From: the human T2T-CHM13v2.0 reference genome, Homo sapiens
Length of the DNA stretch: 64,000 nt
Assembly: GCF_009914755.1 (NCBI RefSeq)
Contig: NC_060938.1
Reading direction: 5' to 3' (one strand)
Part shown: positions 40,962 to 55,182 of the stretch, piece by piece
Numbering within the stretch: the first letter of the stretch is position 1
How the letters are laid out: each line of letters begins with the position of its first letter
Program-made: the position numbers and the translations under genes
The notes under the pieces: model-generated
What the model was told of the DNA's origin: nothing
The model's database searches: none
What the model saw: only the letters and a program-made list of their open reading frames with translations

Positions 40962-42770
40962 GGGATCTACTTTTGAATGGAAGGGATATGAAAACTGGGT
41001 GATAGGGTGTGGTCATCTTCTCCCATATGGATTGAGAGGCAAGGAAAGCCAAGCTGCAGGAGGTGAGCAAATGACATAAAAAAACAGAGGAGGGAGGTGG
41101 AAATTGTATGTATCTGAGTTCTTGACAGTTCCCACTTCCTGTTTCAGACTCCTCCTCAGGCCTGAGCACATTCTGACCTTTGGATTTCATGAGACACTTC
41201 TGAATCCTTAACAATAAATCCATTTTTGATTGCTTACACTGGATCATGTTGTATGTTAAGCTATTTTGCTCTCAAGTTACAGAAGCCAACTTGAGCCATC
41301 TTAAGCAGAGAGAGGAAATTAGTGGAAGGTGCTGGGGGCATCTCATGAGATCTGGGAGGTTTAAACAACCCAATTTTAGGAGGTGCTGGTACAAGGGCAG
41401 CCCTGGGTACTTCAGCCACAGATGGGAAAGCCACCTTTCTTCTCACCTGCTGTCATTAAGATGCTTCACCTTTGGGCCTCTCAGTTCAAAACTGCAAATT
41501 CATAGGGTAGACAGAAACGCATTGTTCTATGATGAGACAATTAGTAATGAGTAGGGGTAGCTTTAGACAGCAGAGACATAGCTGCTTAAGAGAGTTTAAC
41601 CATGAGAACAGCACATGACATTATCCAAGGACAGGGAGTGGCACTGATCAGCCAGTCCAAGTGACGTCCTGTACAAGCTGGTTTGCACACTTGTTTACAA
41701 CTTATTATGAGCAGGAAACTGTGCTTCTCACTGAGAAGGGTGCAAAGATCTGTAAAACAGGGTCTCTAACATCAAAGAATTTATAATCTGTCTACAAATA
41801 ATCACATTCCAAGGAAGTCTGTGATAACTGCTAGAGGAGATGTACAAGCATAAAGTGCTACAGAAATTTAGAGAAAGGCATACATTTGAGCAGTGGTGAC
41901 TGTGGCCCAGATGTCAGACCAGGTCATGGTTGGCAAATGGCTTCCAGAACAAAACACTAAATATGCACTTAACATGCCTTGTAATAACAACCAAAAGGAG
42001 CATTTATTTAAAATTAAATGTAAAATGCAATAAAGCAGGAATGTGTTTTTGATGGACTAATCCATAGCATGTGAGCCACACTGACATATACAAATGTACC
42101 AGGTCAAGAGTGGACACAAACCAATTGTGCCAGGGTTCTGTCTGAATTCTAAGGCAAGTTAATCATATTCCTGTGATCCTTAGTCCCAGCCCTGATTATA
42201 AGCCTTTGGTCGGCTTATCTCCCTTGAATTCTCACCCCCATAGTATTTGTACGTGTGCTCTTCTGGGCTCATGGCCCTTTTCACGCTGGTCATTAGAAGG
42301 CTCCTTCCAAGGCAAACACATTCTTAATCTGTGCACAGAATACTCCCTCCACATCTTGAATTTTTAAAAAACAATTTATTTTTAATTTCTAAAATGTTAA
42401 AATATTTTCAGAGACTGGGTCTCGTCATGTTGCCCAGGCTAGTCTTGAAGTCCTGGACTCAAGTGATCCTCCTGCCTCAGCCCCCCAAGTAGCTAGGATT
42501 ATAGGTATGAGCCATTGTGCCGAGCTCTCCCTTCAAATCTTTGCCTCAACAAAAACCTGGGTGACTTTATCTGTTTTCGTGGTATCAACTGTCACATATA
42601 TGGGGATTTTTCTCAACTTAAAAAAAAAATGGCTCATATTTGTCTCCTATGCTTTAGACGTATGCATCCTACTGCCTGACGGAATCTTCTCCTAGGATGG
42701 CCCAGAAACTTCCAAATCAATGAGCCTGAGTGGACTCGTGGGCATTACCTGTTCATTCTCTATTCTCTGA

Positions 42771-43264
<494 letters not shown>

Positions 43265-43294
43265 TGACTTAATGCACAACTATTTTTGCCTCAC

Positions 43295-43658
43295 CGTCTG
43301 GGTTAGTTACCTATTGCTGTGTGACAAATTACCCCCCAATTTAACCAGCAAACATATTATCTCATGTGGTTTCTGGGGGTTAGGAATCTGGGAGCACCTT
43401 AGTGGGATGGTTCAGCATCAGGGTTGCTTGTGAGGTTACAGTCAAGCTGTCAGCTGGAGCCACCATCGTCTCAAGGCTCGACTGGGGCTGGAGACTCTGC
43501 TTCCAAGCTCACTCACATGGTGTGGGCAGGACTCTTTCCTTGCTAGCTGTTGGCTGGAGGCTTCAGTCAGCCTCTGCATAGGTTGTCTGAGTGTCATAAC
43601 ATGGCAGCTGGCTTCTCCTCAAGTGAGTAATGTATACATTTGTGTGTGTGTGTGTGTT

Positions 43659-43710
<52 letters not shown>

Positions 43711-43860
43711 GTCATAGTTTTTTAAAACCTAATTGCCAACGTTTTCACTTCAGCCATATTCTATTGGTTACATAGAATAAACTTAGTGCATGTGGGAGGG
43801 TGTGTGTGAAGACCAGCATGTGAGGATCCTTAGGGGTCACTTTGGGGTTTGGCCACCACA
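43295..43860 (-). mobile_element. Old MaLR LTR (MLT1-type) containing (TG)n(GA)n microsatellite 43641-43706
   Basis: TTAGTTACCTATTGCTGTGTGACAAATTACCCC...CTGCTTCCAAGCTCACTCACATGG. Confidence 0.55.
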
Positions 43861-44031
43861 ATGTCAATTCACTCTTTTGGTAAAACAATCACTTGATTTT
43901 CCTTTGGGAAACAACCCCTCCCACATTGCCAAGCTATAGTATGAGTGGGGCTGCCCCTCCTTCATTTCTGATGTAGGTCCCCATTTATAGCATAGGTCCT
44001 GACTGGCTAATGCTGATCAGCGCATCCGTTC

Positions 44032-44620
<589 letters not shown>

Positions 44621-44848
44621 AGTCGCTCTGGCCTTAGTGATAGACTCAGCGATGAGCAGATAACCCCACAGAAAGCCAGTGACATCAGGAAGTATTTGGT
44701 GGAGTTCTGGAAAGGATCTAAGAAGCTTCAACAGAAGCTCCTGGAAGGGACGCACTCTCCTCCTCTGGCCTACGTGGTGTGAGGCCATGAGGCTAGAACT
44801 ACAGGCATTTTGCCAACGCAAGGTGAACCAGCCTGGGAATGAAGCTGA

Positions 44849-45266
<418 letters not shown>

Positions 45267-45744
45267 AAAACTTTTCTTAAGGTGGTTATACTGGGATTCT
45301 GTTCCTTGTTACATAAAGAGTCCTAACTGGTTTTGGCCACCGTCCCCCACGCAGCCTTTCCCGCCTAAAACATAAATCTGATCATGTTATCTCTTGTGTA
45401 AAACCTTGTGGCATCTACTTGGTGCCCACTGGGTAGAGTATAAGCTCATTAACATGGTAGTTAAGATCTACTACCATCCTCCTAATGTCCACCTTCAGCT
45501 TCTTTTTTCCTTGCTTCTGTTTTAAGCAACACTCAGCTATTTATACAATATACCCTGACATTATGAATAGAGTCTTTGGCTGGGAGCTCATGAGGCTTAA
45601 TCAGGAATTAGGACAGCAGAAGCCATGAGAGTGGACTATACCCAGCCTGATCAAGGTAGCTATATGCCCCAGACCTAGACCCAGAAGCTGTCTTAGTTTT
45701 ATGTGCTAATGATGGAGATGCTGGGCCTTTCCTGGTCACTGGCA

Positions 45745-46132
45745 CCTATGGTCTGAAGTTATCTCCCAAAATTAATGTGTTAGAAATGCAATTCCCAATT
45801 CAACAATGTTGAGAGATGGGGCCTTTGGGGAGGGTTTAGGTCATGAGAGCTCCACCCTCATGAACGAATTAATGATGTTATAAAGGAGGTTGTTGGAGGG
45901 AACTTACTCCTCTTGCCTTTTTGTCTTCTGCCATGTGGGGACACAACTTTCCTCTCCTCTAGAAGGTGCAGCATTGAAGGTGACATCTTGGAAACAGAGA
46001 GTAGCTCTCATCAGATGCTGGCACCTTGGTTTTGGACTCCCAGCCTCCAGAACTGTGAGAAATACATTTCTTTTCTTTATAAATTACTCAGTCTGTGGTA
46101 TTCTGTTATAGCAGGACAAACAGACTAAGATA
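45745..46132 (+). mobile_element. MaLR LTR (MLT1A/MSTD-like)
   Basis: CCAGCCTCCAGAACTGTGAGAAAT...TATTCTGTTATAGCAG...ACAGACTAAGA. Confidence 0.65.
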
Positions 46133-46983
46133 CTGGCTTTTAGTCAGGCTCCTGGTTTCTGTAGCCCTGTATTCCTAAAGGTATTTCGCTGTGAATTCAA
46201 CCAATTCTCTACAGAGCTCAACAGGATGGTCTAATTGCTTCAGCAGTGGGATATCTTAGTTCAATTCTCCTTAACCCAAGCCATGGCCCATTTGGATGAG
46301 TACTCAATATCCAAGCTCTTAAAAGAGGACACTTTGTTTTAGGTACAGTAGCCAGGAAGAAAAATATGGCAGAGCTTCCCATTCCCTTCCATACTTTTTG
46401 TGCAAGAGTAAGCCACTTTTTTCTGGACTAAACATGGCCCACTTGTGGGTGGTCTGATTTATAGAACAGATAAGGTATCAAATGTTCTTCACTGGATTAA
46501 TTCTGTGTACCTTGCCCCTAATAATTATATCAGGGAAGGAATAATTCCCAGGATTGGGGCTGATTTGGCAGGGTCTCTACAATGGCACTGTTACGAATTG
46601 CTTTAGGGAGTTCATGCTTTTGAGGCTTCCCTCTTGATATCAAAAAAGGAAATAGCCCAGTAATTAGTCAGTTTCCAGTTCCTGATAGCTTGTGGGGGTG
46701 GAGGAGTTTTAGAGGGTAGGCATTAGGGGGTGGTCCTTGGGTAGATATGGCCCTTGTCTGGTTACTTCTCTTTTTCATAAATCCTTGAGTGCTGCTATGG
46801 TTTGAATGTGTTGGCTAAACTTTGTGTATTGGAAACTTAATCCCCAATGTAACAGTGTTGAGAGGTAGGACCTTTAAGAGGTGATTAGGTCATGAAGGCT
46901 CTGCCCTCGTGAATGGATTAATGCCGTTATAATGGGAGTGGGTTTGTTATTGAGAGAGTGGGTTTCTCATGAAAGTGAGTTTA

Positions 46984-47324
<341 letters not shown>

Positions 47325-48102
47325 CTATGGGATGCCTTCTGATCTAGGCACTCAAATTAGTAAGTTCATAGGTATTTTAAATATTGTACACTGAGTTAAA
47401 CAACAACAACAAAAATCAGAATGTAACAATCTAAGGAAGTCAGGTAGGTATATAAAGGTGAACCTGAGTAAAAAACTGGACATTAACAAACCCCATATAT
47501 TTCTAAGAGAAATTACTTAAATATAGTTATTCTTTTGAAAAATCTTTAGAATTATAAGGTAGAGGCAAGGAAGTAACACTTTTTCTTCGTGTTGGGATTT
47601 TTTGGATAGCAATTTTTAAGCATCTGCTGACATTTAAGACATTTTCAGAAAAACAGAAAAGTTGGTCAGAATGAATATTTTCCCCAAGCATGTAGTTGTG
47701 TAAAGTGAAAATAACAGTAAAAATTTGAATATATACTCATGATCATAAAATATTAAGACAAAGAAACATGGCAAATGCACATGGTTAAGTTTTAGGAATT
47801 AAGAAGCCCTCATAAAACCAAGTATATGTATGACGATGATTCATATTTTGAAAACACAATTGTTCTTATAGAAGAACACGAAAGGGAAAGTTCAATAATG
47901 CTAAGTAGTTTTCTCTTAGGGGCTGGGAATAGGGATGACTTTTAAAAATCTCATATCTATGTTTTAAAAAACGATGAGGTACTACTTTTTTATTGAAAAA
48001 CATTAAACAGAAAAAAAAAACCCACAAAAAGGAAATACAGCAAACTACAATCAGAGGTTGAGTTGCTGAGACAGGGTTGTGTTTCATTCTTTCAATATTT
48101 TT

Positions 48103-48395
<293 letters not shown>

Positions 48396-49049
48396 GATGA
48401 GGTACTACTTTTGTACTGAAAAACATGAAACAGAAAAAAAAAAACCCCACAAGAAGGAAATACAACAAACTACAATCAGAGGTTGACTTGGTGAAACAGG
48501 ATTGTGTTTTCCTCTTTCAATATTTTCCTGTTGAACATTTTTCCTATAATAAGCATATATGTATACTTCTTTTTATAACAGGAATCAAACTTTATTTTAA
48601 AAATAAAGATCAAATCCTGTTTCTTTGTTTTCAGTTTTTCTTTGTTTACAGTTTTATTATCTGACAAAGGGGGTTGGGTGGAGCATTCATAGAGCAGTTG
48701 AAAATCTAGGAATCAGTTCAAGGGTCAGAAAATGATTTTTAAAAATAATTTAAAATTTTTCTATTGATACATATAATTTCTACATACTTGGGGGCATATG
48801 AAATATTTTATTACATGCATAGGATGTGTAATGATCAAGTCAGAGTATTTAGGATATTCATTACTTTGTGGGTTTATCACTTCTATGTGTTGGGAACATT
48901 TTAAGTCCTCTCTTCTAGCTGTTCTAAAATATAAAATACATTGTTGTTTATATAGTCCCCTATTCTGCGATTGAATATTAGATCTTATTCCTTCTATCTA
49001 ACTGTATGTTTGTACTTACTAATCAATCTCTCTTATCTACCCCACCCCA

Positions 49050-49495
<446 letters not shown>

Positions 49496-49768
49496 TTAAG
49501 AAAAAGATGCCAAGCCATTTTGTTGAAACATTAATATAGGAATAGGACGACCTGAAAAAAATGCTCATGCAAATCCAGGTCTATAAATATTGAGTCTTTT
49601 TGGTGCTGTGCATTTCTGGAAAACATGAATAACATATATGAATCAGTGATGACTGTATAACAGAGGTATAAACAGAATATTGTAGGAACACATAGGAGGA
49701 AGAGTAATTCTGATCATGGAAGATGACTTTGTATTTATTAGAGAAATTGGTAAGAAACAGTCCAATAG

Positions 49769-50152
49769 TGATATGGTTTGGCTCTGTGTCCCCACCCAAA
49801 TCTCATGTTGAGTTGTAATACCCAGTGTTCGGGGAGGAACCTGGTGGTAGGTGATTGGCTCATGGGGCGGATTTCCCCCATTCTGTTCTTGTGATAGTGA
49901 GTTCTCACAAGATCTGATGGTTTTTAAAAGTGTGAGGCACTCCACCCCTTGCTTTCTCTCTCTCTCCTGCCATCATGTGAAGAGAGTGCTCACTTCCCAT
50001 TTGCCTTCTGCCACGACTGTAAGTTTCCTCGGGCCTCCCAGTGATGCTTCCTGTACAGCCTATGCAACTGTGAGTCAACTAAACCTCCTTTCTTCATAAA
50101 TTACCCAGTTTCAGATAGTTTTTTTATAGTAGTGTGGGAACAGACTAACACA
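49769..50152 (+). mobile_element. MSTA/THE1-like MaLR LTR
   Basis: TGATATGGTTTGGCTCTGTGTCCCCACCCAAATCTCATG...AACAGACTAACACA. Confidence 0.8.
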
Positions 50153-50345
50153 AATAGGGAGACTTGAGATTAGATGGTTGTCATGGCAAAAGCCAACACT
50201 GCAGAAGACAAGTGTTTTAAAATATTGTCTCTAGGCACTACTAAGGAAAAATTACTTTTGTGGGACTCATAACATTTTAAATAATAAATAAATCAGAGAA
50301 AAGGGTTCATTAAAAAATTGGTCCTGAAGAAAATCAACACCATGA

Positions 50346-50751
<406 letters not shown>

Positions 50752-50819
50752 TAAAGTGTAGTTGTTTGTTCCTTCTCCAGTCGCACTGGTTCACTTTACT
50801 AGCCTTAAAAACAAAACAA

Positions 50820-51349
<530 letters not shown>

Positions 51350-51839
51350 TTATAAACCCATCCTTAACTCCCACATTATAGGTAACTAACTTCACTGAGG
51401 CTCTTTTTATTTGTACATATAACTATGAATGGACAAGCTTATCCCTTACAAACTATCCAAGTTTCAGTTCTGAGTGCCTAAAGGCCCCTGAGGTCGAGTT
51501 AAGGGTCAGTTGCTCTCCTTCCGGAACTACTTTTTCTCTGTTTAACTCTAGTTGCAAGCATGCAACTCCACATTCCAGGCACTTCTCAAAAATGGGGTGC
51601 ACTGGGTTCTACATAAAAGCATTAAAGCGAAGTTAAGCAATCTCTTTATGCCTAAGTTTCTAGGTCTACCAACCTTATCGGGACAACGCGGGAGTTAATA
51701 TGGAGGGCTGTGTTTTACACCCACTTTGAAAGCACGGCATTGTCTGTTTCTAAAGAATTGTAAACTTTCATGTGTTACATTACAGAAATCTGAACGGAGA
51801 GGATTAACCAAATACCATTTGGACTTAAAAGCAGCTTGA

Positions 51840-52105
51840 GGCCGGGCGCGGTGGCTCATGCCTGTAATCCCAGCACTTTGGGAGGCCGAGACGGGCCGAT
51901 CACGAGGTCAGGATATCGAGACCATCCCGGCTAACACGGTGAAACCCCGTCTCTACTAAAAATACAAAAAAATTAGCCGGTGTGGTGGCGGGCGCCTGTA
52001 GTCGCAGCTACTCGGGAGGCTGAGGCAGAAGAATGGCGTGAACCCGGGAGGCGGAGCCCAGATCGCGCCACTGCACTCCAGCCTGGGCGACAGAGCAAGA
52101 CTGTC
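51840..52105 (+). mobile_element. AluY with short internal deletion
   Basis: Alu consensus; TSD aaaa(g/a)cagcttga. Confidence 0.9.
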
Positions 52106-52519
52106 TCAAAAAAAACAACAAAAAACAGCTTGAAACCTCTTCCAGCCACTCTCCCAGAGTGACGGACATGCAGAAATCTGTATTCCAGCCTCAATTCAAG
52201 ACAGCCTTCTAGCTGCAGTCCCATTTTCAACATTTCATCAGTGAAAATCCTTTCATTTAAAAAATACTTCAGTGCCTTAGTCTTCTCACCACAACAAAAC
52301 CACACAGCTGTGGCATGGTTGAAAAAAGAACTCGAACATCTAGGAGCTCCCTGCTTTGAGGGCAAATTTAAATTGCAAGCAGCAAGAGCTAAGGAAAGGC
52401 CAGGTATTTCTGCAAAGCTAAGTTTCTCCTAATTAGTAATCTTCTGGGTGTCTAAGAAAAACTTTAGATACAAGAAGGGTTGCCACTTTTCTCAGGAGAC
52501 TCTTCTGGGAGAGATGATG

Positions 52520-53640
52520 ATGAACCGAACGCCAAGGACTTAGCAGGGGCGAACGACGTCAACAGATGTCCCTCCAGACTCCGGCACCAGCCGGCCGAGC
52601 CCAAACGAGTTCTCGCCCCCGACCCCACCCACCGCGGGAGCAGGGTTCGGTCACTCGCAGTGTCAGAGAGGCCCACATCCTCCTAAATTTCCGGCCCTCC
52701 CAAAACTTCCGTCTTCCCTAGGTCCAACGGGGTGGACCCAAGGCCCAGGGGCGTCCCCGGAAGTGACGTAGGACGCGCCCTCCATTTTGTGGAGCGCCAG
52801 AGCTGCTAAGTGCGTCAGTTGTGGAGTGGCGTAGACGAGTTAAGTCCTGGTCTGCGTGGAGGTCGACGACTCCGTCGCAGACTACGGACCTGTCTGGGTC
52901 TCAGCCGCCAAAGACCCCGTCCGGTAGGTGAGTGGCTCACTTTGAGGGCAAGCCTTCTCGGATCGAGGCTTCTTCATGGCCGCTCAGATCGTGAGCGGCC
53001 GGGGCTGCTCTCTTTGCGGAGGATGGCGTCTAATGAGCGCAGTTGATTCGAGGTGGGCGCTGGGGCACGTCTCCCTTTTGGCATACTGTTTGAGGGGTAC
53101 TGAGGTGAAAGGGCGGTCACTGTTCGGGTCGTTTTTACACAGCGGTTGTGCGCCCGTCCCTGCCAGTCTTAATGTCTTCATCTCCTGGACACGTAGAATA
53201 GTGGGCCGGGATCTCCCTGACTTTGCTGGCGATGCGGCTGGGCCTTTTGTAGGGCGGCCGCAGTGACCCCCGAGAAGGGGGTTGCTGGGAGGAGAAGGGA
53301 AGAGGGAATTTGGCACGCGCAGCTCTGCTGCCTTTGATTCCACCGCCGCCATTTTGTGGCCGCAGAGCGCCCGCCCGCTGCTGTTGGCGCAGGCGCGGTC
53401 GAGGCGTCGCGAGATTCTGGCTTCCACCCGCTGTGACGCGCCCGCGAGGCCGCCATTGGGCTGGCTTTGCGGAGGGCGCGGGCGGCTCCGCCCGCACTTC
53501 TCGGCCTTTCCTAACTGCGGCAGATGGGAGGGGGCCGGAGAGCCCGGAGAGTGTGCGGCTGCGCAGTTGGAAAGGTGGCAGTGGGCGTTGCGGTTGCTGC
53601 GGTCTGGGCCCAGTAGCGGACCGTGTTGGGAGGGAGCTGG
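52520..53640. promoter_or_regulatory. SRSF5 CpG-island promoter (overlapping ETS/CRE at 52757-52770; YY1 motifs at ~52781 and 53345-53356)
   Basis: CpG-dense; CCGGAAGTGACGTA; GCCGCCATTTTG; TATA-less. Confidence 0.85.
52790..52927 (+). other. SRSF5: SRSF5 non-coding exon 1 (alternative longer form to donor at 53052)
   Basis: Donor TAG|GTGAGT at 52927|52928; second donor GAG|GTGGGC at 53052|53053. Confidence 0.8.
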
Positions 53641-53828
53641 GTTTTCATTTTGTCTGCAGGTAACCTGGCCTCATTAGAGGCTCTGTTGGCAATCTCGTTC
53701 ATAACATCACTGTGTAAACATTTTATGCCGTTGATGTTTTTGATTGTTTAATCAGGCGTTTCTCTGTGACAGTCATTGCTATTATCTCGATTGAATTACT
53801 TTCTAATAGGAAGTACTAGCCGGACATC

Positions 53829-53954
53829 ATGAGTGGCTGTCGGGTATTCATCGGGAGACTAAATCCAGCGGCCAGGGAGAAGGACGTGGAAAGATTCTTC
53901 AAGGGATATGGACGGATAAGAGATATTGATCTGAAAAGAGGCTTTGGTTTTGTG
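53829..53954 (+). CDS. SRSF5: SRSF5 exon 2, first coding exon (MSGCRVFIGRL...RGFGFV, RRM1); exon starts at 53810
   Basis: ATG 53829; RNP motifs; acceptor TAG|G 53809/53810; donor GTAAGT 53955. Confidence 0.97.
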
Positions 53955-54275
53955 GTAAGTATTTAGAACTGGGTGAATTATCTGCTAAGTAGGTAGAGTT
54001 TTGATAAGCAGTTGTTTTCGATCTTGAGTCCGGGTGGAATATTTGCCTTCAGAAAATGTTACCCAGCCTTATGTCTGAATTTTATTGAGGCTGAAAACAA
54101 CTTTAACTTGCCGGCTCACTGGAACCCCACTCCCAGTGGCTCCTTGATTAGGTTTGACTGTATGGCAGTGTCGTTAAGATACTCTTCCCATTCTGTCTCC
54201 TGATTTCAGTGCTCTTAATGTGTTGTAGAATACTCTTCTAAAGCCAATGTTAAGAGTCTTATGCTTACATTTTAG

Positions 54276-54346
54276 GAATTTGAGGATCCAAGGGATGCAG
54301 ATGATGCTGTGTATGAGCTTGATGGAAAAGAACTCTGTAGTGAAAG
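54276..54346 (+). CDS. SRSF5: SRSF5 exon 3 (EFEDPRDADDAVYELDGKELCSE)
   Basis: SR-protein FEDPRDADDA motif; AG/GT boundaries. Confidence 0.97.
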
Positions 54347-54469
54347 GTGAGATTCCTGTGTAACTAGATAACCCTGGGACATAGAGCAGACTGGGTCTGC
54401 TGGCATATTTTTCTAAGTAGATTTATGTAGCTTAAGTGTGTAACGGAGATTTTTCTTCCCTTTTTGTAG

Positions 54470-54568
54470 GGTTACTATTGAACATGCTAGGGCTCGGTCA
54501 CGAGGTGGAAGAGGTAGAGGACGATACTCTGACCGTTTTAGTAGTCGCAGACCTCGAAATGATAGACG
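54470..54568 (+). CDS. SRSF5: SRSF5 exon 4 (VTIEHARARSRGGRGRG...RNDR)
   Basis: In-phase AG/GT boundaries; RG-rich linker. Confidence 0.97.
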
Positions 54569-54636
54569 GTATGTGAAGGGTGGATGGCTGCATTGAACAA
54601 TTATTGTAGGGGTAGCATTTAAGATTCAGGAGTCAT

Positions 54637-54779
54637 TAGCAGTGATGATTTTGGGTCCTGCCGTATAATCTGTTCTTCTATTCCCACGTTAGCCAGTTGT
54701 TCTTGATGAATCTATATGAGTCATAGAACACAAATCTATTGACGGAAGTCATTAGAATGGCTTGTGATATCTGATGGCT
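54637..54779 (+). ncRNA. Candidate intronic box C/D snoRNA in SRSF5 intron 4
   Basis: Box C GTGATGA 54642-54648, C'-like TTGATGA 54703-54709, box D CTGA 54771-54774, complementary flanks; box D is 79 nt from the 3' splice site. Confidence 0.5.
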
Positions 54780-54853
54780 TGAACTTGCCCACAGTTGAAC
54801 ACAAGTGCTGTCATTGCATTTCTTCCATTGTGAATACGAATTTTCTTCCTCAG

Positions 54854-54923
54854 AAATGCTCCACCTGTAAGAACAGAAAATCGTCTTATAGTTGAGAATT
54901 TATCCTCAAGAGTCAGCTGGCAG
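54854..54923 (+). CDS. SRSF5: SRSF5 exon 5 (NAPPVRTENRLIVENLSSRVSWQ)
   Basis: In-phase boundaries; start of pseudo-RRM. Confidence 0.97.
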
Positions 54924-55182
54924 GTTTGTTGAAATACAGTTTTGAGTTATTTTGATGTGGCTTTTTAAAAAAGTTAATGGGTAGCTAATGTTGTATTGTT
55001 TTATTAAAAGTAGTTTTAAATTAATGGATTTAATGGAATTGTAATTTTAAACATTTAATTAAATGTAATTTGGGGGATATTTTGAACTTTAATATTAGTG
55101 ATCAAATGTAAATGTTTTGAGGATATTTTTCTTGTTTTTTAAAATCAATTTTTAACCAAATATTAAACCCTTTATTTGCCAG

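Noticed and set aside
53497-53509. 13-nt match (CTTCTCGGCCTTT) to the U2 snRNA 5' end
   Set aside because: A single 13-mer match is within chance expectation for a 64-kb window, and there is no flanking similarity
52810-53702. Multiple 63-147-aa ORFs on both strands over the SRSF5 promoter/intron 1
   Set aside because: CpG-island shadow ORFs; only the spliced uORFs are retained as a finding
54385-54401. Perfect 7-bp hairpin AGCAGAC-TGG-GTCTGCT in intron 3
   Set aside because: Isolated short stem with no associated motif; cannot be distinguished from chance
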